Positions 43,453 through 54,911 of a stretch of DNA of 64,000 bases are shown one piece after another; position 1 is the stretch's first letter, and the number at the start of each line of letters is the position of its first letter. The notes beneath the pieces were generated by a model. It ran no database searches, had not been told where the DNA came from, and saw only the letters and a program-made list of their open reading frames with translations. Both the position numbers and the translations under genes were made by a program. Source of the DNA: Rhynchobatus australiae (Eukaryota); assembly GCA_034780895.1 (NCBI GenBank), contig JAUZTB010000074.1:26479134-26543133 (forward strand), given 5' to 3'.

Positions 43453-44209
43453 TGAAGAGACCGATTAATGAAATGATCTATATATCGTCACGTTTGATTC
43501 CTTATCAGTATTGGGACACACCTAGAGAGGTGGCCATACTGCAATTTGTGGTAGTCCCCCAATTTTTATTTTCCACCATTTAAAAGTTGTTCTTCATTTT
43601 GCCGAATAACCTTGAATATTAAGCACAGATAAACCTAGTGAGTAGAAATCAACATTTTGGAAAATTTAAAGTTATATATCACCATCGTGATGAGGATGAA
43701 TTGTCTGGAGAAGTCATCAAGGAAGAAATCAGTTAGGACTAGTATTATATACCACCCGTTCGAGGTCACGGGTCGTTCTAATGTACTTTGATGAAACAAT
43801 TTTGTCAAGTCGTCAGTGTTGTAATTGGGAAATAAGGCAGCCAAACTTGCACAAAGCAAGCTCCCACAAACAGCAATGTATTCATGACGGGATAATGTTT
43901 TAGTGGTGGTGCGAGCAGGCTGACTATTGGCCAGACTTGTTTCTGAACTCCCCTGACTTTCTCCACTGGAAAAGCAGCACTGATCACAACTGATGGAACA
44001 ACCTTCACAGGAGCCCCCCCTGCTGTCCAAACCAGGTGCTGCTGCATGTCAAGGCAGGTTACATTGGAATGGGAGCCAACTATTGGTGAATTGTGGCTTT
44101 TCAAAATCTTTTATTGAAAGAAACAAACTAGTGGTTTTGGAATGTTCCTAGCTACTGATAGACACTTCAAAGAATGTACTAAATATTTAATCATGGAATA
44201 TAAATTGTT

Positions 44210-44436
44210 GACACAAGAGATTCTGCAGATGCTGGAATCTGGAGCAACACACACAAAGTTCTGGAGGAACTCAGCAGGTTGGGCAGCATCTACGGAGGGA
44301 AATAAACAGTCGACGCTCTGGGCCGAGACCCCTCATCAGGACTGGAAAGGACAAGGGCAGAAGCCGGAGTAAGAAGGTGGGGGGAGGGGGAGGAGCACAG
44401 GTTGGCAGGGGATAGGTGAGTCCAGGTGAGGGGGGA
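44210..44436 (-). mobile_element. Penelope-like terminal repeat running into a gap
   Basis: ctggaggaactcagcaggttgggcagcatc...gagacccctcatcaggactgg, same family as 46576. Confidence 0.8.
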
Positions 44437-45333
44437 NNNNNNNNNNNNNNNNNNNNNNNNNNNNNNNNNNNNNNNNNNNNNNNNNNNNNNNNNNNNNNNN
44501 NNNNNNNNNNNNNNNNNNNNNNNNNNNNNNNNNNNNACNNNNNNNNNNNNNNNNNNNNNNNNNNNNNNNNNNNNNNNNNNNNNNNNNNNNNNNNNNNNNN
44601 NNNNNNNNNNNNNNNNNNNNNNNNNNNNNNNNNNNNNNNNNNNNNNNNNNNNNNNNNNNNNNNNNNNNNNNNNNNNNNNNNNNNNNNNNNNNNNNNNNNN
44701 NNNNNNNNNNNNNNNNNNNNNNNNNNNNNNNNNNNNNNNNNNNNNNNNNNNNNNNNNNNNNNNNNNNNNNNNNNNNNNNNNNNNNNNNNNNNNNNNNNNN
44801 NNNNNNNNNNNNNNNNNNNNNNNNNNNNNNNNNNNNNNNNNNNNNNAGTGATCCAGGCCTCGGTCTCAGGTGTCCAGTTGGGTTTTGTAAATTATAAAAG
44901 ACAACTTGAATCTGGAGATTACCCAGTTCCACAGCCCAGCACTGTATGTCTGAACCAAATCATTGACATTTTTGAGCAGTTCGCCCTGCTGTGAGATTTG
45001 AAACCCTTGCAGATCAACTCCTGTTTGCAATGGCAAACATGATTTTCATTGACTTTCTTCCCTGAGAGCTGGGTCAGGCTTTGGTCTTGCTCTCATAATA
45101 GATAACTTCAGCAAACCTTTCACAATATGTCCCAGGTCTAACCAGAGCCAATCAGAGACATCTGAGCAGTTTGTCAACGTCCTTCAGGAACAAATATAAA
45201 ACTCTCAGCCAATATCACTGGCATCTTTTAAGCCTAGGGACACGGACCAGTGCAAAATACTAGTCCAAAGTTTTAACATAAAAGCCCCTTCAATGCAGTG
45301 GTCTTTAGTAATTAATCAGTAAATGAAAGGAGT

Positions 45334-46074
45334 TTAGTCTGTGTCTATTTTGTCTTGCAGCCAGTGAAGGAGTGAAAGTCTGTAAAAGAGAAAAGACCAA
45401 GGACTGAAAATGAACAACTTGGCAAAAGTCTCTCTCCTTCTCTTGATATGTGCGGCCATTAATGTCCAGGAGGCCAGGATCCAGAGAAAAGGTAAGAGCA
45501 TAGAACCAAACAGCCACTCAGTCATCTCATCAACTGCAAAGTCTTTGCATATCTGGATTACACGATCGAAAGTTGCAATGGTGGTTCTTGTTGGTGGAAG
45601 TTCTGTAGAATGCAACCAGAAATTTGCCTTTGTAATTTCTGGACACACTTGCTGATTGTATTGTTTGGTAATATATGGATATCACGGAGAGTGGGTTGTG
45701 GCTGCGTGATTACTGAAACATTCTTTGCATTCTTTAACTCCAGGGCCACTGTTTCTGATAAAGTGTTTTGCTGGGTTGCTACCATTAGACTTTCAGTAGC
45801 ACTTCAGCACGAGATAAGTAGGCTGTTAGATTCAACTGCCCTCATAAATTTTAAGATTGCATTATTTAGTGACGCAAAGTGACATCAGGGTGATATATAA
45901 ACAGAGATTTTCTTAAATCTCCTGTCTTTTGAAATGTTTTATTTGCCCGGTTTTATCTCCGTTATTGTGATCTCAGAATTTTCAGTCCGTGAGACCAAAG
46001 CAATCTTTCTGTCGGTATCTGTATATAAGCCACACTCCTACTTATTTTGTGAGCTGGAACTGTTCACTTTTCAC
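45334..46074 (-). pseudogene. Possible decayed exon: Ser/Thr-rich stalk, TM helix and basic tail
   Basis: Reads across several stops and one frameshift; ends ...EWLFGSMLLPFLWILASWTLMAAHIKRRRE... Confidence 0.35.
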
Positions 46075-46575
46075 CTGCAGCAATGATATTAACATTATAA
46101 CTGAACCTTCTGCTGCTCAATAATTATTAATTTGTTGCCTGTGTTAGAATAACCTGGTAAGACCTTGATAATTGAACAATTGGAAACAATCCTTTTTAAA
46201 TAGTTGGACAAGTCACTATTATGTAGAAAATCTTACACACCAAGAGGATTTTTGTTATTTTTTCACCTAGCTGAGAGCCTCATAAAATTATCCACCATTT
46301 ATTCTTTAAATGCCATTGACAGTTTTTGCAAAAAGAATGCATTTGCTGAGGTTTGTGCTTTACATGGAATATTCAGGCAAGACCCTTAACCTGCTCAGAT
46401 TTAATTTGTGAAATTTGTGTCCAACCATTGCAAAATGAAGGAATTGCCCTCAGCAACCAACTGTGTGGGTTTTGGATGCACCCTGCTGAGTAATGAGATG
46501 GTCAGGAGTCATTCAATGAACAAACAGTGTTCTCACAACTAACCAGGCCTGTGAGAAGCAGCAATACACAGAAAC

Positions 46576-47907
46576 TGCTGGAGGAACTCAGCGGGTCAGG
46601 CAGCACCTATGGAGGGAAATGGACAGTCGACGTTTCGGGCCGAGACCCTTCATCAGGACTGGAAAGGAAGAGGGCAGAAGGAGTGGGAATGGGGGGGGCG
46701 CAGAAAAAGAAGGGATGGGGTTACCGGAAGTTAGAGAAATCGATGTTGATGCCGTCAGGTTGGAGATTCCCAAGACAGGATATGAGGTGTTGTTCCTCCA
46801 TCCTGAGCCTGGCCTCAACGTGGCGGTAGAGGAGCCCGTGGACGGACATGTCAGAGTGGGAGTGGGATGTGGGATTGAAGTGGGTGGCCACCGGGAGGTC
46901 CCGGCTGTTGGGGCGGAGGGAGCGAAGGTGCTCGACGAAGTGGTCAGCCCATCTGTGTGGGGTCTCACCGATGTAGAGGAGGCCGCACCGGGAGCACCGG
47001 ATGCAGTAAATGACCCCCTCAGACTCTCAGGGGAAGCACTGCCTCACCTGGAAGGACGGTCTGGGGCCCTGAATGGTGGTGAGGGAGGAGGTGTCGGGAC
47101 AGGTGTAGCACTTGATGCGGTTGCAGGACGGTCATCAGTGGGGAGGGACGAGTGGACAAGGGAGTCGTGGAGGGAGTGATCCCTGCAGAAGGCGGAGGGC
47201 AGGGAGGGGAAGATGTGCCTGGTGGTGGGATCCCGTTGGAGGTTGCAGAGAATGATGTGTTGGATGTGGATGCTCGTGGGGTGGTAGGTGAGGACAAAGG
47301 GAGCCCTGTCCCTGTTACATTGGTGGGGGGGGGGGGGAAGCGGGTGAGGGCAGACGTGCAGGAAGTGGAGGAGATGCGGGTGAGGGCAACATTGATGGGG
47401 CGGAAGGGAAACCCCATCTACTGAGAAAAGAGGACATCTCTGTCCTGGGGCGGAATGCCTCACCATGGGAACAGATGCAGTGGAGGCAGAGGAACTGGGA
47501 GAAGGGGACGGCGTCCTTGCACGTGACAGGGTGGGAAGAGGCGTCGTCAAGGTAACCGTGGGAGTCAGTGGGTTTGTAAAAGATGTCGGTGGTTAATCTC
47601 GGAGATGGAGACTGAGAGATCCAGAAAGGGCAGAGAGGTGTTGGAGATGGACCAAATATCTTCAAGCTATCACCTCTCAGCTTCTCACATCACTCCCTTC
47701 TGTCCCCCCTCCACCAACTACCGCCCGGCCCCCCGCGCACCTGGACTCGCCCCTCCCCTGTCAGCCTGTGCTCCTCCCCCTCCCCCCACCTTCTTATTCC
47801 AGCTTCTGCCCTCTTCCTTTCCAGTCCTGGTGAAGGGTCTCGACCCGAAACGTCGACTGTTCATTTCCCTCCGTAGATGCTGCCTGACCTGCTGAGTTCC
47901 TCCAGCA
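46576..47907 (-). mobile_element. Penelope-like retroelement with inverted terminal repeat
   Basis: TTDIFYKPTDSHGYLD..SSHPVTCKDAVPFSQFL and PFVLTYHP motifs; about 105-bp inverted repeats at 46576-46680 and 47803-47907. Confidence 0.88.
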
Positions 47908-48332
47908 CTGTGTGTGATATAAATTGTTGAAGTCTCTTTCTTACCTCCACACTTTTCCCTCCGCTGCCACTGGCTACTCGCCTCACGGGAAAGGTATAAA
48001 AATGAGTATCGTTCAACTCTTCCGCCAGCAAGCCTCACTGCACCATGTGGGTAACAGTTCTCCTCTCATTCCAGGGTACTGAGGCCAATTATAGCATAGA
48101 CAGAGCTTTGAACCGGGGGCCTTCAGTGACCATTGCATCGAATCGTTTATCCATCCATCTGGACACCTCCATAAAACGTATACCTCAGAAACATTTAATC
48201 AGGTTATTTGGTGGGATCGTTGGGCTAGATCATGCTCGACATGGCCCACTGACCTGAAATATTAGGAGTGTCTCTCTCCACAGGTACTGGCTGACCACTA
48301 ACTCTTCTTACATTCTTTGAACTCTGCCTTAC

Positions 48333-48700
48333 GCCTGCGAAGTACTGAGCAGAGGAAAAGGACTGGACACTGTATCGTGGTCTTTTGTTTCTCAGATGCT
48401 GTACCGGGGATTTTCACCGGGGAGAGGCAGAGACCTTCCCCAGTCCAGCCTTGTGAAGCAGCGCTCAGCCCAGACATGAAGTTAAACCCACTGTGACCAC
48501 ACCCAACCCAGACCCACCCAAGCCACTTCAGGTTTTCCCCACCCGTGACCCAATCCAGAGGCATTTGCAGGAAAGCAAAGGGAAAGCCCTGCCCTGCTGC
48601 ACTCACACGGTTTATGATCAAGCACAGAGGAGACGGCAAGTCAGCGTGACGCAGATAAAATACTCAGGCCCAACCCAACGCGAAGAGTTGGGTCCCCCTG
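48333..48700 (-). pseudogene. Possible decayed C-type-lectin-like exon
   Basis: Motifs in order across frames: LRHADLPS, LWIG, WVWVG, FNF, LC, C..LFLC; then C|gtaagg donor. Confidence 0.3.
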
Positions 48701-49180
48701 GGCTTAGGGCAGGGTGGGGTGAAGGCAAGAAAGAGACATGAAGTCTCCAAGTACAATTGGATCGAGGAAGGAGGCAGCAACATGCCAACTGCTTCTGTGT
48801 GTGCTGGGACCCCACACAGTTCTGACCGGCACCTGGCTGTATTCAGAGGTCAGCGCTGCACCCTTTGCAATTGATTCATCCCTCATCGTTCTCCAGAGTC
48901 AGGGAATGCCCTACCTGAATGAGGTTAAAGGGGCTGTTNNNNNNNNNNNNNNNNGAGCCCAGAATAAAGAATACTCCAGCGTTCAACCAACCATCCCCAT
49001 TCCTGAATGGGACCTTTATCTACAAGGAGCTTCTTGCCTGAACTGCTAACCTGAAAAAGACTCAGAGTCAAGAACAGTCGGATCTGTTCTCTGAACCCTG
49101 CTTTAATTTGAGTGATACCTCATTTGCCTGGTGCCTGGTGCCTGGTGGGGTAATACTAAAACGGGGCATTCTGTTTTCAG

Positions 49181-49326
49181 AGCATAAAGCGCGACCTTGT
49201 CCTCACACCCAAGTTCGTGTACCTCATTGGCCGAGAGAAAATAAAGGAAGGTTCTGCCAGGGGCCAGGTGAAGGAAGTGCTGAAGCGGAAGATGGAGTTG
49301 GAACGGATCCTTACTGTCTCTCTCAG
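49181..49326 (+). CDS. MYO1E: Myosin IE exon 22 (TH1)
   Basis: ttcag|AGC...CTC AG|gtaagt, 146 nt; [48 protein letters not shown](S). Confidence 0.96.
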
Positions 49327-49659
49327 GTAAGTCAGGGTGATGGAGGAGGCTCCAGCAATCACTGGCTGCTTCGGATTTTATATTCTGTGTTATATGTACA
49401 CGAGCCTTCACGTGGTCTGTGAAGTCTGCAGTTCGGGTTAGGGATTCTCAGTTAACCAATGGGGTTGAAGCCTGCCGTGGTCGGCTGCGTTTGTGCCTCT
49501 TCTGAGAGGATTGGCACGGTACACGTCTCCTCAAGGTGCTGAATCCAGAACTCGGGGCACAAGTATGGGATAAGGGTCAGCTGTGTGGGACAGGGATGAG
49601 GAAAAATTTATTTGAGGCATGTGGGTCTTTGGAACTCTCTTCCTCTCTGCGTGGTCAAG

Positions 49660-50290
49660 TCATTGTCAAAGTTGAGTTTATTGTCACGTGCACAAGTACA
49701 TGTATGTACAGGTGCAACGGAAAACTTGCAGCAGTATCACATGATATAAGCAGCATTTACAAGGAAAACATAAACATAAATTGTACACAATTTTTACAAG
49801 AACGAACACATTAGAACGAAAGAAGGGTCCATTTTAGTGCAAAGTGATCAAAGTGTTCACAGTGTTGCTATACTGAGGTAGTGATTAGGGTTGGTTCCAG
49901 AACCGAATAGTTGAAGGGAAGCAGGTCTTCTTGAACCTGGTGGTGTGGGACTTCAGGCTTCGGTACCTCCTGCCCGATGGGAGCTGATGGCCTGGATGGT
50001 GGGATATTTGATGATGGACGTTGCCTTCTTGAGGCAGCACCTGCTGTAGATACTCCCAATGGTGGGGAGGGATGTGCCCGTGATGTATTGGGCTGAGTCC
50101 ACTGCTACCTTACTGCGCATTCGAATTGCCATCTCAGCCTATATTGCAACCAGTCAGGAACGCTTCAACAGTACATCTGTAGAAGGTTGGTAACAAGCCG
50201 AACCTCCAACCTCCACAGAAGGTAAGGACACGAGGGTGCTTTCCATGTGATTGCATCTACGTGCAGGGCCTGTGCAAGGCTGAGATCGAT
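49660..50290 (-). mobile_element. Non-LTR retroelement 3' end (Rex1/Babar- or L2-like)
   Basis: Minus strand reads TTRFKKTCFPSTIRFWN-like; tail reverse complement aagttgagtttattgtca. Confidence 0.6.
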
Positions 50291-50805
50291 AGAATTTTGG
50301 ACACTCACAGACCAAATAAGTTGGGCTTGGGCTGGAGGGGGAGGAGGCACCAAATCTGCCAATCACTGAATGTCTGAGCAGTTTTGAGGGGCCCTGTGAA
50401 CTACCCCTACTCCTCAACTTCTTCTCTTGAAGGTGGTACATTCATGTTCCACCTTGAGAACCTAATCCAACTGGCTTTGCATGGCAGCTGTGTTGCGTTT
50501 CAGGAGACAGTATTCATTAGATGAATGAGTGAACCTGGGTTCCTGGGCCAGCACAGTGCAACAGCTGGTACAGCTACTGTGGGGAGAATAAAATGGGACC
50601 AGCGTAGGATTAAGTGATGCTCGGGTCTGAAGGGCTGTTTTCTGTGCTCCGTTGCTCTGTGACACCATCAGCTCCACAACCCTTGTTGAAGAAGAGTTCT
50701 GCTGTCGATGACAACTCTCTTCCCTTCTGATAGTGGGACTGGCTGCTGATGGTTAGCACCAGGTTTTGCACTTTGGCACTAACAGCGGATCTCGTTACTG
50801 TGCAG

Positions 50806-50952
50806 CACCATGCAAGACGACTTCTTCATCCTCCACGAGCAGGAGTACGACAGTCTGCTGGAGTCTGTCTTCAAAACCGAATTCATCAGCCTCTTATCGA
50901 AGCGCTATGAAGAACGGATGCAGAAGAAGCTGCCTCTGCGGTTCAGTAACAC
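50806..50952 (+). CDS. MYO1E: Myosin IE exon 23 (TH1)
   Basis: tgcag|C ACC...AAC AC|gtgagt, 147 nt; [48 protein letters not shown](T). Confidence 0.96.
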
Positions 50953-51067
50953 GTGAGTACTCCGCAGACTGAGGTCTGCCCTCACCCTGAAGCACCACTG
51001 GATTAACGGGACGCTGCCAGTGGATGCAACAAAAGCTGCACTGAGTCTGATCGCTTCATCTTAATCA

Positions 51068-51400
51068 TTGCAGTCCTTTGGTGTCAGCTGTGGCTCAGTG
51101 GGTGACACCGTACCCCCCTCTCCTCTGAGTCACATGGGTGTGGGTCCAAACCCTGGCTGCAGAATCGGAACCCCCTCCAGTAACCGTCCCTGGAGGTTCA
51201 CCGGCCCGTCGTTCCCTGGCTTGTCTTTGCAGTCTGACACTTCTTCACACCTGTAAGGGGTTGCTGCTCTGAGCTAATGTCAGACTGGGACTTGCAGATG
51301 AACAGAAAGTCCCGTGGCAGTGGTCTGAAGAAGATCAGCTGAGTCCGGGCCAATATTATCCTAAAATCTGCTGATTCGCGACCTACTTTGCTGCTGTCAG
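51068..51400 (+). mobile_element. Degraded Deu-domain-like SINE
   Basis: gtgtcagctgtggctcagtgggt...ctctgagtca...gtgggtccaaacc head. Confidence 0.5.
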
Positions 51401-51526
51401 TGGGACTTCCTTTCTGCAGCAACAAGGCCACACGTCTCACCCTCACGGACCCCCCGGGACTGGGAGGGCCCTGCATAAATGTTTCTTTGTTCATCCACTT
51501 TCACTTTTGTCCTTCCTGCTGCCCAG

Positions 51527-51684
51527 GCTTGAAATGAAGGTGAGGAAGGATAACTGGGGTCCCTGGAACGCCGGAAGTTCTCGACAAGTTCAGTTTATCC
51601 AAGGCAATGGACAGGTGGCTGTGCTGAAGCCCAGCAGTAAAACCCTGCAGGTCAGCATCGGGCCAGGACTGCCGAAGAACTCGA
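51527..51684 (+). CDS. MYO1E: Myosin IE exon 24 (end of TH1)
   Basis: cccag|G CTT...TCG A|gtaagt, 158 nt; [52 protein letters not shown]. Confidence 0.96.
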
Positions 51685-52201
51685 GTAAGTGACACATTCC
51701 CTTTACGTGGCTCGGTCCCAGCATGTCCATGACTATCTGGCTGTTGTACGAGGTCCTTACAGAAGCAAGTACTATCAGTCTCGTCCGCTGAGGCACATTT
51801 TGTAACAAGTATAAATGTTGTAAGAGGTTCTTCGGTACTGCATCATTATTGGTCCAGTTATCAATACTTCGTTTAATCTCCTGCTCTGTGGTGAGTTTCC
51901 CAGGTATAAGCTTATGGATAAAAACAATCCCATTAATGTCTTGCTGAAGGATTGTTGGTGTTCGGAAATCATTCTCGCCGGCTGCCAGGTGGTGTTCACA
52001 CTCCGCACCAGGGTGGTCCGGCCGTACTACAACAGTCTCACGGAATGGACATTTCAGCAGCTAGACTGAGAGGGAAGCTGTTCCTTGTTAATCCCCACAA
52101 TACCAAAAGTTCCATTACTATTCAAAGAACAAAAGGGCAGATTCACCCTGTAAACAACAGCAACCCCACACTGTACTGATGGACAGAGCTGACTCAGTCT
52201 C

Positions 52202-52374
52202 GTATGTGTGTGTACATGTGTGTGTGTGTATACATATGTGTATATTTGTATACATGTGAATGTACATGTGTGCGCATGTGTATGTGCACGTATGTATGTT
52301 TTTGTGTACGTGTGTGTCTGTGTGCATGTGTATGTGTGTGGTGGTGTTTGTATGTGTTTGTGTGCATGTGTGTA
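52202..52374. repeat. Degenerate (TG)n/(TGTA)n microsatellite
   Basis: Directly visible. Confidence 0.95.
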
Positions 52375-52565
52375 CAACAGACAACCCAGCACCGATCCCT
52401 GCAGCACATCATTGGTCACAGGCCTCCACTGCCACCCTCTGTATTCTTCCACCAGGCCAATTTTGTATCCAGTTGGCTACCTGACCCTGGATCCCATGTG
52501 ACCTCACCTTCCAGACCAGCCTAGCATGTGGGACATTCTCAAAGGCCTTGCTAAATTTCATCAAG
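52375..52565 (-). mobile_element. CR1-like RT fragment
   Basis: MKFSKAFENVPHARLVWKVRSHGIQGQVANWIQNW; RPVTNDVLQGSVLG. Confidence 0.85.
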
Positions 52566-54273
52566 TCCTGGGATGTCTGACAGTGGGGCCTGTCAGTAAC
52601 ATTTATAAAAGCCTCCACTGAGCTGGTGATTCCCCTCCATCACTGGCCCCTGACGTACCCACATCCGTGTCCTTGTGATTCTTGATGAACTCGCCCAGTT
52701 CAAAGTTACCCGCAATAATGGCAACCTGCAACAGAGACAAAGTGAAAGTTTAGGCAAGGGTCATCACCCCAGCTCCTCCCACCACACCTCAGCGCTGTCC
52801 GCCTCACCTCTGCCAGCCTATCCTGTGCTCACACTGGGCAAAGGGTTCATGGGGTCCGTCCCAAAGAAAAGCGCTCACACATCTCTCATCAACAGCTCTT
52901 GTACACATGAAACAAAACGTGCAGGAAGTACCCTGTAACGTTAGCTCAGTGTCTCTCCACAGACGCTGCCTGACCTGCTGAGTGTTTCCAGCATTGTCTG
53001 TTTTTATTTCAGATTTCCAGTACCTGCAGTGTTTTGCAGTGTTCCCCTGAGTCAGCTCCTGTACAAACATACGATGGGTCAGATGAAAGCCCATGTGTGC
53101 CTCAGATCAGCTCCTCCGAAGCAATGGCAGATTTCATCCCTGGAGGTCCTCGATGAACCAAATGGATTTATCGTGCCCTTCATTAATGATGACTAATTTT
53201 TTTCCCACTTTATTAACTAAATTTAAATTTCATAGCTGCTATCAGGGAATTTTAACCTTGGTTTATGAATTATAATTGCAGAACTGGAGATAACTAGACC
53301 AGTAGCCTAACCATGACACCACCACCATACTCAACATCAGGGGCTTTGGTGGTACTGGACTAACAGATTTTCCAGACTACTGGATCTTCCTCCTATCAAC
53401 ACATTTTTAAGTCACATTTTCAGACATTACACAGTACTGTAATAAATTTTCCAATGAACCCATTGCTTAAAGAGTGCAAGAACTGGGGTCCTGGTCAGTT
53501 TAGTGGGAGCGTGTAAAAGCTTAAAAGTGACATGGAAACGGGGGCCCAGGTGAGGAGCACAGCGAACATCTGCTGGTGTGCAGATGCCAAACCACTGGAA
53601 TTTGTGAACTGTCAGATTATCGGTGTTTTACTGAACATACGTCACTCCATAGTGCAGACTGTATATGTGGAGCTCAAATTCACTGCCCATCCCAACACTC
53701 AGAGCACGTGTCTCTTGTGATGCGTATCTTCTTTGGTTTGATGAGTACGGTGTCTGATGGAAGACCCGGTGTTCACCAGGTTCGAGACCCTGGCAAAGAA
53801 AGACCGAGTAGAGGTGGCAGTGCACCCAGTCTCAAAATTAGTTTAATAAAGAAACGAATGCCGTTTGCTGGCAGATTCATTCAAGGTTGGCGTCTCCTCT
53901 GCGGAACAGATTCACAAAAGTCTCCAGATCTCTGGCTGTGTGAAGCAGCCTTGCCTGCAGATGTAGGGCACTTGTATCCAGGGGACCTTGCAACACACGC
54001 TCAAAATAAAACTGGGCCATTTCGTTGTCTTAAAATTCAAGGGCATCAAACAACGTGGTGATAAATCCACCCCCCCCCGCCCCCCCCACATGACCTGAAA
54101 TAGGCTGGCTCCTGGTATAGGGCCGACATCCAGCACGTGCTGGAACTCCCTGCGGCATTGATCACCTCAATGGCAAATGCACCCACCGCTTGTTGTCAGT
54201 GTCCACATAGCAACAGGAGCAGGACTAGTCCGCTCGGCCCATCAATTAACAAGACCATGGTTGATCTTCCACC

Positions 54274-54775
54274 TAGAACCATAGACCACTACAGCACAGT
54301 AAACAGGCCATTCGGCCCTTCTAGTCTATTCCACAAGTCCCATTTACCTGCACCCAGTCCATAACCCTCCAGACCTCTCCCATCCATGGATCTATCCAAT
54401 TTATTCTTATAACTCAAGAGTGAGCCCGCATATGACTACATCAGATGGCAGCCCGTTCCACACTCCCACCACTCTCTGAGTGAAGAAGTTCCCCCTAATG
54501 TTCCCCCTANNNNNNNNNNNNNNNNNNNNNNNNNNNNNNNNNNNNNNNNNNNNNNNNNNNNNNNNNNNNNNNNNNNNNNNNNNNNNNNNNNNNNNNNNNN
54601 NNNNNNNNNCCCCCCCCCCCCACACCCCCCCCACAGTCTCCCACTACCTCTCCTGTGACTCAGGAAGTTAACAAAATCTCTGCCAGGGCCCCAGCAATCT
54701 CCTCCCTTGCTTCCCACAACATGTTAGGGTGCACTTGGTCAGGCCCTTGGGATTCATCCACCTTTATGTGCCTCA
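54274..54775 (-). mobile_element. CR1-like LINE fragments (gapped)
   Basis: RGNIRGNFFTQRVVGVWNGLP; tail tagaaccatagaccactacagcac. Confidence 0.8.
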
Positions 54776-54818
54776 AGACTGATCTGCTTACTGAATGTCG
54801 ATCACTCTTTTATTCTAG

Positions 54819-54911
54819 GGCCCACAAAGAGGAACCTGCTGCAGGTGAAACAACAAACTACAAGGCCACACACGACAGCCTATCCAATGAGAGCTGCTCC
54901 CCCTCCTCCAG
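54819..54911 (+). CDS. MYO1E: Myosin IE exon 25 (TH2)
   Basis: tctag|GG CCC...CCA G|gtaact, 93 nt; (R)PTKRNLLQVKQQTTRPHTTAYPMRAAPPPP. Confidence 0.93.

Noticed and set aside
52054-52524. Cys/Val- and His/Thr-rich ORFs
   Set aside because: Translations of the (TG)n microsatellite.
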